Shown: piece after piece, positions 1-11,413 of the stretch
How positions within the stretch are numbered: the stretch's first letter is position 1
Layout: each line of letters opens with the position of its first letter
Made by a program: the position numbers and the translations under genes
Origin: Paramecium tetraurelia
Taxonomy: Eukaryota
Length of the DNA stretch: 52,637 bases
Direction of reading: 5' to 3'
NCBI GenBank assembly: GCA_000165425.1
Contig: CT867999.1
Coordinates: 248,001 to 300,637, forward strand
The notes under the pieces: generated by a model
Databases searched by the model: none
What the model was told of the DNA's origin: nothing
What the model saw: only the letters and a program-made list of their open reading frames with translations

Positions 1-565
1 GATAGCATTTTTATATATTTGTCACCATAATGATGGTTGTTGATGGTGACTTGTGATTCATTCCCATTCATTTTGACCATTCCTAATTTACAAGGCAGTG
101 CATCAGAGGATTCAGCCTATTTGAGCATCTGCGTTTGGATAGACTCATTAATTTTATGATACTCATTTTGTTGTTTAACTTTGTTGAGTACTTTGTAGTG
201 TTAAAAATAGCTTCTTGCTGATTGAGATCCCACAAGAGGTTTCTGAATTTGATCCTCTAATTTTTGTTCCGGAGATTCCTGTAACTATTTTATTATATCT
301 TTGTCATTCGCTTTATCATCCTCTTTTATCAATGGTTACAAAACACTCGAACGCGGAACTCGCTAAAACATTGGTTTCTTGGCAGCTGGACTGTACAATT
401 ATGGCAAAGGAGTGTCTTTCCCTATATATTACAAATACTATGTAGATCGGGGGAGTTGGCAATCGACAAGGCTCTCCTCAACTCTTCTGTTTCATTGGAA
501 TGTAAACTTGTGATCTTGCGCTTCGAATTGTAAATTGAAAATTTATTTGACAACCCTATATGCAT
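1..565 (-). CDS. 5' part of a probable leucine-rich-repeat (RNI-like) protein; runs off the window start
   Basis: ATG at 565 (MHIGLSNKFSIY...). One short intron near 416/422-438, then an open code-6 frame to position 1 ending ...LPCKLGMVKMNGNESQVTINNHHYGDKYIKML, a segment I associate with the lead-in to ciliate LRR proteins. The repeats themselves lie outside the window. Confidence 0.55.
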
Positions 566-587
566 AATTTATATTTATAAAATATAT

Positions 588-1470
588 ATGCAAAACAGTT
601 AATAATAGGTTAACATGCCCCAGTCGAGAATGATTGGTGACCCTGCCTAATCGCAATACTTACAAAATTCAATGGCTCAAGATCCTCAGTTTTTGAGTTA
701 TCAAAATTACAGAAACGAAATTCAAGAGGAAGGAGAGATTGTAGCTGAAACAGCCAAATTAAGAAAACTGTACTTCCTCATGCTGCTTCAATTCTTCCTA
801 GTGATTGTGTTTAGTTACGTAAGCCCATTATTAAATCCCACATAGTTGCGACTGGACTCTTTGGAGGATTACTTTGAATAGAATTCCTACTGGATAATTA
901 TTCTTTCACTCGGATGTTTCTTGCTGTCATTGGCTGCTTATTTTACTAATCCGGAGAACACTGCTGTAAATGTAGTACTGTACGTGCTATTTACAATAGT
1001 CTTATATTTCTTTTTTATATCACTAACTGCAATTACAAACATTGAACAATCCATGATGGTGGCCTTCATGATTTTTGGATAAGTAATTTATGGCATTTTA
1101 TATTTGTCAAGATATTTTCACAATTCCTATCAGTGATGCAGAGCAGAATCGAGATGTATTACCATCAATAATCTCTCTACGTATTAGCAGGCGGACTCAT
1201 CATTTTCCAATTGTTCATCATTTATTCTATCATCCCCTTCTTTGAAATGATCATCACTCTAGTTTCAGGAGTCGTTTTTGGGTGAGTAATTAATTAATAC
1301 GCTATGCTAGGTTCCTCCTCATTTACAGCACCTAAAGCAATTTAAGTCAAATCAAGTCTGGCGCTGTCAATGGCAGTGTTAGAGTGTATGTTGATTTACT
1401 CGGCGTGTTTTTCTATTTGAACCAATTGATGGCAGACTTGTTTAGAAAAGAAAAATAAATTGATAAATGA
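588..1470 (+). CDS. Bax inhibitor-1/TMBIM-family multi-pass membrane protein
   Basis: MQNSQQQVNMPQ...KLRKLYFLMLLQFFLVIVFSY, several hydrophobic helices, C-terminal GSVRVYVDLLGVF resembling the TMBIM A..LY.D...LF motif. Three short GT-AG introns; TGA at 1468-1470. Confidence 0.7.
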
Positions 1471-1508
1471 ATAATCAACTATGTAATATGTCAAATGCAA
1501 ATTAATGA

Positions 1509-4205
1509 TCACCCAAAATAAAGTAGAACCTCATCATTTTATCTGTCATTCTAATCCAACAGCTTCTATTCGCTCTTAATCTTCTCATATTGATTGACCC
1601 AAAGCTATATTATAAGATCAACATGCTACCTTAAGTCCATCATTCCTCAATCTCTATAATTATGGTATTTCAGACTCCAAAGACTTGAATTCTAATTGTT
1701 TCAACCCAATCTACTGCTCCCCCTTACTTTGGATTTTGATGATCTGATCTGCCACCTCTGTTGTCTTAGTAATTAACTTGGCTTGCTCACTTGACACTTT
1801 CAGATTAGTAAGCACCTACTGGAATATCAACTTATCAATAAACTAATTTTGATTGATCTGAATCAAAAGACACTGGCTGATTTCAGTGCAGGCCTAGATG
1901 TTGTTGGTTTGAAGAGATAGATCAACAAAGAAGCATCCTTTAAGCAAGAGAACTTCGTACATTCTTCTCAAATGGCTAGCCAATGCTGAACATGATTTAA
2001 TTTCCGATGTTGATTTCAATATGGTATAGTACTATCTTATTATCTCTGGGTAATTGGTGTTGGTAATATTTCTTAAGGGTAATTACTATAATAATGAATT
2101 GATCATCAGATACTCATCCTTAAGTTTCTTCAAATCATTTTCATAGTTTGTGGTTATCAGATTGGTTTGAGTAAGGAAGTATTTAATGTAATTATTCACT
2201 TCTTGAGGTTTATTCAGTTGATCTTTAATCAACGATATATCTTATTGCACTGTTGTCAATGTCAAATAATACAAGTACACATTTTGATTGACTGAATTCA
2301 AAAACTAATCGAAATTGCTGAATCTCTCGAATTCTCTCTCCAATTGATCCCTATACTTCACCAATCTATTTTTCTATTATTAGATTTATTGTAGAATTAT
2401 GGGTTTTCTATTTAACACCTTCTATTCATCCTAGGCAATTAACTATTTATCTTTGTCTTCCTAAAGGACAGACAATAATTTCTAATTGATTTGAATCTTA
2501 TCTACTTTTAACCATTGTTCCTATTCATAAATCAACCCAGAGACATTAGAATTTACTCTATTTGACCCAGAGGCATCTTTGTAGACCTAGGCAAAATCTA
2601 CCTTAGTGACTGTGCTGTCGTTGCATTTCCACCAAGTTGTTAAGTCCTTCTTGTCTAATATGTAACAATAATAATGTCCACTATTAGCTGATCCATCATG
2701 CATTAATACAGATGTCAATAGATACATGTTTTAATCAGACTTTAATAGTTTTTTCTTTTGTTCTTAAATTCTTTCCAATTAATCTGTTAATAACTAAACA
2801 GTTATCATCATTTTCTCCTTATATGATTCTAATTGGAATAGCATTTAGTCACTTGGGATAATGTTTGGATTTGCTGTTTTTTCATCACATATGCAAAACC
2901 CATCAATAGTAACCAAATTGTCAATTTATCCTTCGTTTCTTTTGAATAACTTGATAACTCTATTAAAGTTTTCTTCGATCTCATCCTTTGAGTCTCCGAG
3001 ACTTTTAAGTTGATCTAGAATTCTTTGCTCCTCTTCGTCTAACTTTTAGAGTTCGAAATTCTTCTAACCCTAATTAATAGTTTTAAATTGATTGATGTTT
3101 AGGGAGGAATTGAAGTTAAATTAGGAATTGTTCTTGCATACCGACTTTTACTTTGGATCATAATAAACTCTATTGACGTAGAAGGAGATTAGAAATGGGG
3201 CTTGCACTATATTTTAATCGATCTTAGCTTTGGTTTTCTCCTTGTTATCAGTTTCATATTCATCAATAATTAGAACTCTTGTGTTTAAGAACCCTTTTTC
3301 TAGATCCTTATCTGCAGCTTCAATGCTGATTGATCCGAATGTGGTGTCATTAAACTTGATGATCTCCTTGTCGTTCTCCTTGTAGCTCAGGATTTCTTTG
3401 GCTTCCCCGTAGAACATCTCACAAAATTGTTTCTTTTTTTATTCAAATTCTTCTTCCTTTAAAGCCTATTCGATGGCATCCAAGAAGGAGTTTTATAACT
3501 CATTAAAATCGTTTTGGATTCCTCTAATGAACATGGCGCTAGGTTTGAATTTTTGGAGGGCCTCGAACAAGTTGTAAGGACTTGTGTAGGATTGATTGGA
3601 TTCCTGGAGCATCAGGAAAAGCTATTATAATTATAATAGAAAATTGGAGGCTAGGGATTGGTTGTCTTTTAGTTCGAGTTCAAGGATGAATTTTCTGAAT
3701 GGCAGGACATTGAATAGACTCTGCAACATGGCATTCATGTAACAAGCTAAAAGGTTATAAATTTAAAAGATTTATACTGTTGCCTAAATTCTTGAGGCCT
3801 ATAGGGGTGGATTTATTGGTTCTGTCTTCCGAAATAATTGGTTTGGATCTATGAATATTTGTGAATAAATAGTACTGGGCATTTTAATCCAAGGAAAGTT
3901 GGATGGCGATTTTTAAATCTTACTATTCTATTTATTAGAGTTGCAATTTCAGTTGCATCTGAGAATTGAATAAATCCTCCTCATTCATAATTTGGGCATT
4001 CTCTTGCTCACTACATTAGGAATACAGTTGCTTACCTAATTTTAATGAGTTCTTCATGGAATGTTTATTGATTGTTTCCACATTGTTGCCATGCTTTTAA
4101 GATGTGAGTCTTTTTGAACCCAATCTAGGAGTATTATTGGAATAATTGATCAAATATGGTCGATGTGTGTTTAAAGCTGCGATTTAATTGTTTGTTGGTT
4201 CCCAT
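1509..4205 (-). CDS. Ubiquitin C-terminal hydrolase (USP/peptidase C19), USP25/28-like with a UIM-like segment
   Basis: Cys box GLKNLGNTCYMNAMLQSLF (split by an intron at ~3748-3778), QNDFNE box, His box HDGSANSGHYYCYI...WWKCNDSTV, and UIM-like DLKIAIQLSL. Confidence 0.92.
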
Positions 4206-4225
4206 TATATTTTATTATATTTAAT

Positions 4226-6470
4226 ATGCAATAACAATCGACACAATAATAATAGAGATAAGATACGGTAGTGCTCAAAGAAAGAGAAGAAAGACGATTT
4301 GAAGAGTTTTTTAATAAATTTTCCAGGAATGGCACTTCATTGAATTTTGCCGACATCCTCATGTTTGCACTCGATCGCAGTCTGGTTACCAATGGCAACA
4401 ATTTCAGCATGTTCTTGACTCATTTCGACGATGCATTGGGAGATGTAAAAGGGGAAAGAGCACTCAATAAGCCTTAATTTTATTTCTTTCTCAAGTAACT
4501 GGCAAAGAAGATCTTTCACAATGACCCTCTTCATCTGGAGAAGATGTTAAACGAGATCTTATCTGAGAAAAGTGCAGTTAGAGATCACAATGTGGAGCCC
4601 AATCGAATAATTGTGCTTGATGAAACTAATAAAAGATTATTGGCTGAATCCTCCATCTAGGCTATCTCACTCTACGAAAGGGAATTAAAGAACATATTCA
4701 CAATCTACATGCAAGAGAACTTGACACATGGCATAATCATGTTGAGATGGAAGGAAATTTGGGTTTAGAATAAAAAGATGAATATGGTATCATTAGTTAA
4801 ATTTTTAAGAGATGCAGAAATCGTACCTCATATTCTCTCTATCGAATAATTGGAGGAAATTCTAATGAAGATTATTCCACCCATCAATAACAAGGAATAC
4901 GACTTTTTTTAAAAGGGTCATTTCATTTAAATTTATGAAAAAAATCTAACAAACTGCAATGATACTGATCCCTAAATCTTAATTCATGAGCTTCAATTGC
5001 TTCTCGCCAGAATCTCATTCGAATTAGGACTCAAAGAAGAAGGAGGAGGAAATCAAAATAATAGAAAGCTCGATGTCGAAAAATATATCAGGAAGTTCTT
5101 TGGCGAATTAATGCTATTTAGAAAGAATGAGAGTATAGAAGGTCCACTCCCCAATTTAAATAGAAAACTTATTAAAAACTTGGAGAAATTCGCTCAAAAA
5201 CTGCTGAATGATTTAAGCGATTTTGAAGATAAGGATTCTTCAGATGATGAACCAGATGGAACAGATGAGTTACAAAGGATAGCAGCATTGTAAGGATCTC
5301 TATTATTCGAATAAGGTATATATACATAATCATTGTAAGTGTCACTCAACATCCCTGTAGATTAAGTGATTAAAATGCTAGATAAGGAATTACCTCTGAT
5401 TCCTCCTTTGCCTTAATAAGAAAAGCAAATGCCTAAATGGGATCCAGAGAAGAGAGTAGTTATAGGAAATCCAAAACCAGAGTCTCCTAAAAATAAGAAT
5501 GCCAAACCTAAACCAACCAAAAAACAGTAGTAGAGAAGAAAAGCTGGAGAACCTGAACCTAGGAAAGTCATTTTTGAATAAAAAACAGAACCTAAATAAT
5601 CAGAATTTTATATTCAGGAACTAGCTGATAAATTGAAATTCGAATAAAAACTTATCTCCGATGTTGAACGCGGTTCTCTCTCAGATGTCTAGGTTGCCCC
5701 TGTGCTTATACCAGAAGTGTTATATCCTCCAAATCCTCCTTTGGATGTATAATTTCTAGTAGAAGCTGCAATCAATTCTCACAATGAAGCTAATTTTGTG
5801 TTTGCTATCTAGAATTATGATGATGCAAGAGTAAGATTCAATTGATATCATAGAAAAAATGGATTACTTCTACAGGAAGAGATTTAACTGATGGATTAGA
5901 ACTGTACTTTGAGTTCAGCAAGGCTACTGTGTATGAATCTGCTGGAAGAGATGATTTAGCTTTAGTGGCTTATTTGAATGCCAGGCAATTTTCAACCAAA
6001 TTACCCACAAATAACCCTGATAAGGCTTTGGCCTATTGCGGACTTGGATCAGTGTTCTATAATACAGAGGAATATGATTGGGCACTTAGAGCATTTTTGA
6101 AGGTATTGAATATAGTAACTTGCATTAGGCTAGAGAATACAGAGAAAATAGTATTGGTATAGAAACGGTTGACACTGCTACTGTGTACAATAATTTAGGA
6201 TGCTGTATGTATATGTTAGAACGCAATAAGGAGGTAATCGATTTAATATTATATCCATAGTCTTATGGATATTTCAAATTGGCTCATGCCATTTTAGAAT
6301 CTTAGTTGGGTCAATTTCATCCAAGAACATTGACTGCAGCTAGGAATATCAATAAATCTAAAAATTGTTGGTTTGAAAACAAGCCAGAGTTTCCTAAATT
6401 ATGGGTTGAATATGCTTAAGACCCTTTTGCAGGGGGAAAGAAGAAGAAAAAGAAGAAGGGAAAGAAGTGA
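4226..6470 (+). CDS. Tetratricopeptide-repeat protein with a Lys-rich C-terminal tail
   Basis: Open code-6 frame with short introns. TPR-like units ALAYCGLGSVFYNTEEYDWALRAFLKA and ATVYNNLGCCMYMLERNKES; ends GKKKKKKKGKK-TGA. Confidence 0.8.
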
Positions 6471-6565
6471 TCTTTTATATAACTATAATTATTTTTCTTA
6501 TTAATAGTGTGTTTAAGTTATTATAAGAATTGAGAAAATAAAATATTATTAAGAAATTTAATTAG

Positions 6566-6916
6566 TTGCCTTTGAAATCTGCTGCTTTATTTGAAAAGAT
6601 GGGTCCATTCATCAAAAGCCAAGGAAATAGGATTAGTTAAAGAAAAACAATGCTGTGTATTACTTTGAGGTGTCAAAGGCAAAAGGAGAAACTCCAGAAT
6701 TTTGGACTGTTGATATTACTATGATAGTCAATTTCCAAGGGAAACGTTGGAACAGCTGATGCCACCTTCACCATGGTAGATGACGATATGATTGCTATGG
6801 CTTAAGGGAAGTTGAATCCTCAATAGGCTTTTATGCAAGGTTAGATGAAAATCAAGGGAAACATGGCTGCAACAACCAAATTCACCCCAGATGTTGCCAA
6901 AGGATGCAAAACTTGA
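6566..6916 (+). pseudogene. SCP2: Degenerate sterol carrier protein 2 (SCP2-domain) gene
   Basis: Pieces in shifting frames: LKSAALFEKMGPFIKSQG / NAVYYFEVSKAKGETPEFWTVD / ISKGNVGTADATFTMVDDDMIAMAQGKLNPQQAFMQGQMKIKGNMAATTKFTPD / LPKDAKL. TTG sits where the start is expected, and at least three frame changes cannot be explained by GT-AG introns. Confidence 0.8.
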
Positions 6917-6944
6917 GTAAAATATTAAGATCCATATCATAATA

Positions 6945-7852
6945 TCACATTCGATTATGAAGTCTTTATAAATTACACAATCTTTCTACTTACTTCTCCT
7001 TCGCAAAGTTCTTTGTTACCAAACCACTTTATTGATCTTTGGAGATCAATTTCAATTGAATGAGGAGCTTTATTTAATAATTATTAAAACTTATTGACTT
7101 TCGGCTCCTATTGGAAAGTTATTTCAGAGTAATTCTTATTGATATTATTCTGAATTGGACTCCTATTGTAATTTTAAGGAGAAACCCTCTTGTTTTGATT
7201 CTATGGAGAAACTCTCTAGTATTTCGGATTGCTCTGTATCATCAAAGGTCGTTTGCATTATTATTATTATTGAAATTGAGGTAGAATAGGTTTTTGATTT
7301 CTCTTCTTGCTTGGTTTCATGTTGATGAATTTGGTATCTACTTAGAAGTTCAGGATTGATTTAATTTCCTTTTGAGGTTTCTCTATTTGCTATTGGTTGC
7401 CCACCTATATTTTGCCTTGGTCTCTAAATGTAAGGGATTGCTTTGGAGATTTGGAGAGTTGAGGAGGTAGTTCAATCTGCTGCTTATAATTTCTCTCTAT
7501 ATCGTATTGTAAATTCTGTTTGATTGAGGGAGGAGGAGTTTGATTGAGTTGATTTCTTTTGGTCTCATTCTATTTTTCATTCGTGGGATAGGTAAACTTG
7601 TATTTGGTATCTAAATCCTTAAAATACTCCTTTAGATACCTCAAAATTGAAACTACCCAAAGATGATCTTTGTGGCACTCTAATGAATTGTTGTTCTTCA
7701 ATTTGGAATTCGTCTGGACATTATGAAAAATTCATATTGTTTTTATTATAATATTTATATATTTATTTATTTTGGAGATGTTGCAATTTAGATGGATATA
7801 CAGAGTGGTATTGATTTGAGAACTGAGCCTTTGAGGAATGGAGGCAGTCCAT
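6945..7852 (-). CDS. Hypothetical low-complexity (Q/N/P-rich) protein; alternative start at 7735
   Basis: In-frame ATGs at 7852 and 7735. A 22-nt intron (gtatctaaaggagtattttaag) joins them to a long open frame ending TGA at 6945-6947. Confidence 0.65.
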
Positions 7853-7915
7853 TTATTTGGTGTTATTTATGAAATAATTAAAAAAAAAGATTGTTTTTTA
7901 AAAATAATTTTAAAA

Positions 7916-8420
7916 ATGCCAAAGGGATAAACAACAAATACATAAAAAGCATAGAAGGCAGCTAAAAATGCAAGAGTTGCCAAGAAGGTTGTGAGAGCTA
8001 GAAAGCATTTCCAAAATAGATTCCACACAGAAAAGCCATTAGCTTTATCTAGAAAACCCAAATTCACAAGGTTAGGGCAATTATCGAAATAATCATAGAT
8101 TAACAAGATAACTTACTCCCGTTTCCAAGGGGTTAGATTTCTAAAATGTGCTTAGACACCCACTTATTACAGAAAAGGACATGAAAAAGATGGAAGATGA
8201 AAACACCATGGTGTTCTATGTGAATTAAAAATCAACTAAGCCATAAATTAAAAGAGCATTTTAGAAAATCTATGAAGTTAAGGTCAGAAAAGTTAATGTA
8301 ATAATAATGCTCAATATTTTAAAGATCCTTAACACTTTCGGTGGCAAGAAGAAGGCCTACATCAGATTGGGTGGAGAGAATGATGCTCTCAACTTGGCCA
8401 ACAAGATCGGAATTATTTGA
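7916..8420 (+). CDS. RPL23A: 60S ribosomal protein L23a/L25 (uL23)
   Basis: ...VLRHPLITEKDMKKMEDENTMVFYVNQKSTKPQIKRAFQKIYEVKVRKVNILNTFGGKKKAYIRL...DALNLANKIGII-TGA; two short introns. Confidence 0.97.
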
Positions 8421-8487
8421 GCTCACAAAATAATTTATCAAAGTACAATAATAATATATATTTATTCATTCACTATTTTCTTTAATT

Positions 8488-10101
8488 ATGGGTTAAGTTT
8501 AACAGTCCAAATAACACTTTTTAAAAAATTAGTAAAAATTGGACCAACATCAAAGCAAAATGTAATTGTGAGTTTCAATTTAGTTTTGAGAGTCTAATTG
8601 AAGTCTATTCAAATTAATAGGAATAAGTTGCAGTCATACGTAAGCTATATTAAAATGATGACTAATATCAAATTGAGTTACACAAATTGCAACAATATTA
8701 ACAATTATCAAACATACCTGGATTGATCAAATTGTTGGAAATTCATAAATAAGAAGAATAATATCTCTGTAGCAACTTTTACAAAATAGATGCAATCTTT
8801 GAATACGGTACTCCATTTACCTCTCAACTCCCCTATTATTAATTTATCTAGTAAGTCATGCACACCTTGATTGAACTGCAAAATAGAGACAAATATCACG
8901 GTGATCTAATACCATCATCCTTTCTCTTTAAAAATTAAGTCAAGCTTTTTCTCCCCAATATCAATCACTATAGTCGTCTATTGAATGGATCATCGGAAGA
9001 TTGCTATTTGTCACCAGAGTTATTAGAATACTTGGGCCGAAACTCCTATAGACCTGAACATAATAAAGAGAAGAGTGAAATCTTTTCTATTGGTCTTATC
9101 ACTTTAGAATTGATCTTGCAAGAGTCAATTCAGAAAATATATAATTTTGAAACCTACACAATCAACAGAGGTAAATTGTAAAGACTATTTTAGATATTTT
9201 GAATGATCTATTATCAAGAGCAGATAATAAATTAATTACTAAAATGTTAGAATTACAACCTGAAAATAGACCTAATTATTTATCAATTTATGAGGAGAGT
9301 CTAGTTGAAATGATGTAGTAGTCAGCTATCAAAATAGAAAATTAGCAACCAAGTGGCTTCATTGAAATACCAATTCAATAAGCAAAGGAAATATTACCCA
9401 TAAAATAATCCAAAAGCTTACATATCAAAACTTAAATCATCTAATCAACTAATACTTTAAAGAAAACTAATCCAACTTAAAGATCTGTTTAAATAATTAC
9501 TGAAGATAGAACAAAATAATTGAAAGCTTAACCAAAATAAACTTAAAAAAATTAAGTAAAAAAGATTCCTCCACCTATTTAAGAAAAAAGTCCTAGTCAT
9601 CATTTGAAATTGAATTCAAAATAGAAATCGAATAATTTTGCTAACCTAGAATTACTACAAGTTTAAGAGAATTAGGATTCTAATTTATTATCCCCTTAAA
9701 ATCAATCAATGTTTCCAAACTCTCTATAATATTTAACTCCTTCATAGTCACCCAACAACAGGTATTCATATAAAAAATCTCATCAATCCTCAGCAATCAA
9801 ACACTAATCTCTTGAACCAAGTGAATATGCGTTTTTGCATGAGCAAATTCATGTACCATACAATCCTGGATCCAATTTTTTAGATTCCTCAAGGTAACAA
9901 GAATTGTTTGATCTTGTTTCTCCAAAAAGTTAAAGGCAAACCTCAACTTTGAAAGATATTTCCAATAAAAAACTTCAAATCAACCAAACCAAAGCCAATT
10001 CAAATTTCAAAGAATGCCTCTAAAAAAAACCGTAGTTACTCAAAGTATAGAGAGGCAATTCTAAATCTCCGAATGTAGCGAGAATACCTGGGAAGAAATG
10101 A
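8488..10101 (+). CDS. Kinase-fold protein, probably a pseudokinase, with a Q/S-rich tail
   Basis: MGQ start; LCSNFYKIDAIFEY, HGDLIPSSFL (degenerate catalytic loop), YLSPELL, KSEIFSIGLITLE, MLELQPENRP. No clear DFG motif. Confidence 0.75.
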
Positions 10102-10156
10102 GAGGAAAATGTGATTTAATTAAGAAAAATTTAAATAAAAATTATAAGATTTAATT

Positions 10157-10628
10157 ATGAACGTCGGTACACATGTTAGTGATGATTGCGTAACAGAATT
10201 CAACAAGCTCAAATTGGGTAAATAATATAGATATTTGACCTTCAAATTAAACACTGAGACCAATTAAGTGATTATTACAATATTATCATTAGATTGTTGT
10301 TGATCAAATTGGACAAAGGGATAGTACCTATGCTGAATTTGTTGGTCATCTCTAAAACGAAGTATTTATTATTCACTATTAATATTAGTCAAGATATGCA
10401 GTTTATGATTATCAAGCTGTAACTGATGACGTTCCTCCAAGATAAGTTGAGAAATTAGTCTTCATATTTTGGTCTCCAGATGCTAATTAGCCTGTTAAAT
10501 AAAAGATGTCATATGCTGCAGGAAAAGAGGCTTTAAAGAAGAAATTGAATGGTTTATCAAAAGAAATCTAAGCTAATGACCCATCTGAAGTAGAAGAAGC
10601 AGAAATGCGTAAATTAGTATTGAATTGA
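10157..10628 (+). CDS. Cofilin/actin-depolymerizing factor
   Basis: MNVGTHVSDDCVTEFNKLKLGKQYRYLTFKL...SRYAVYDY...[43 protein letters not shown]; two introns. Confidence 0.95.
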
Positions 10629-11413
10629 ATAATGAACATTATTAAATCAATTTCATATTGCATTCAAATTACCCTTTCACAGATTCCTTATATCTATTCC
10701 ACATTTTTACACATTCCTCAACTTCAAAGATATCGTTTTCTCAATAACAAAATCATAATTTAACACATAATATTTAAGATGTGCTTAATAATATATGAAG
10801 TTTTCCTATAAACAAATCTCTTGTGCTAAAACTTTGTTACGATGAGATTTATTAATTTTTCTCTTTAATTATAAAAATAAAATGTAATGCATTATTAATG
10901 TTAATCCCACATTATTAAACTGAATACTCATAAGTCTATGTAAAATTTAAGCATTGCTTAGGTTTTATTCTTAGATGAAGTTCAATCACAGCTACAAGAA
11001 TTAGATAAAATTTTATAATTAAATTTATATATAAATATTGTTCAAATTTTATAAATTGATTTACAAAGAAGGTATTTTGAGAAATTACTGGTTTCTATAT
11101 AATCAATCAAACAGAGCAGTGCATTTTAATATGTCTAACCATCATTATTGTTTCAGGCTATATAAGTAATTCGAATAATTCATTATTCTGTAATCATTAA
11201 TTAATTACACATATGCTTTTAGGTTACTGTTTGTATGAGTTATTATAGTTAGAATTCAATACATGAGAAATCCATATTTCAGAATGCTTAATTTTATAAA
11301 CATCAAAAAAAATGATTTTAATTAAAGTTAATTTTATATTGAATCAGTATATAAAAATTTTGAGTATGTGATATAATTGATAAATATATGAATTAAAGCT
11401 TCTGGTTGTAAAT

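Noticed and set aside
7775..7860. GC-richer island upstream of RPL23A as a snoRNA (CTGA box, possible hairpin plus ANANNA on the minus strand)
   Set aside because: There is no convincing C box or second hairpin, and the island is fully explained as an in-frame N-terminal extension (ATG 7852) of the minus-strand gene.
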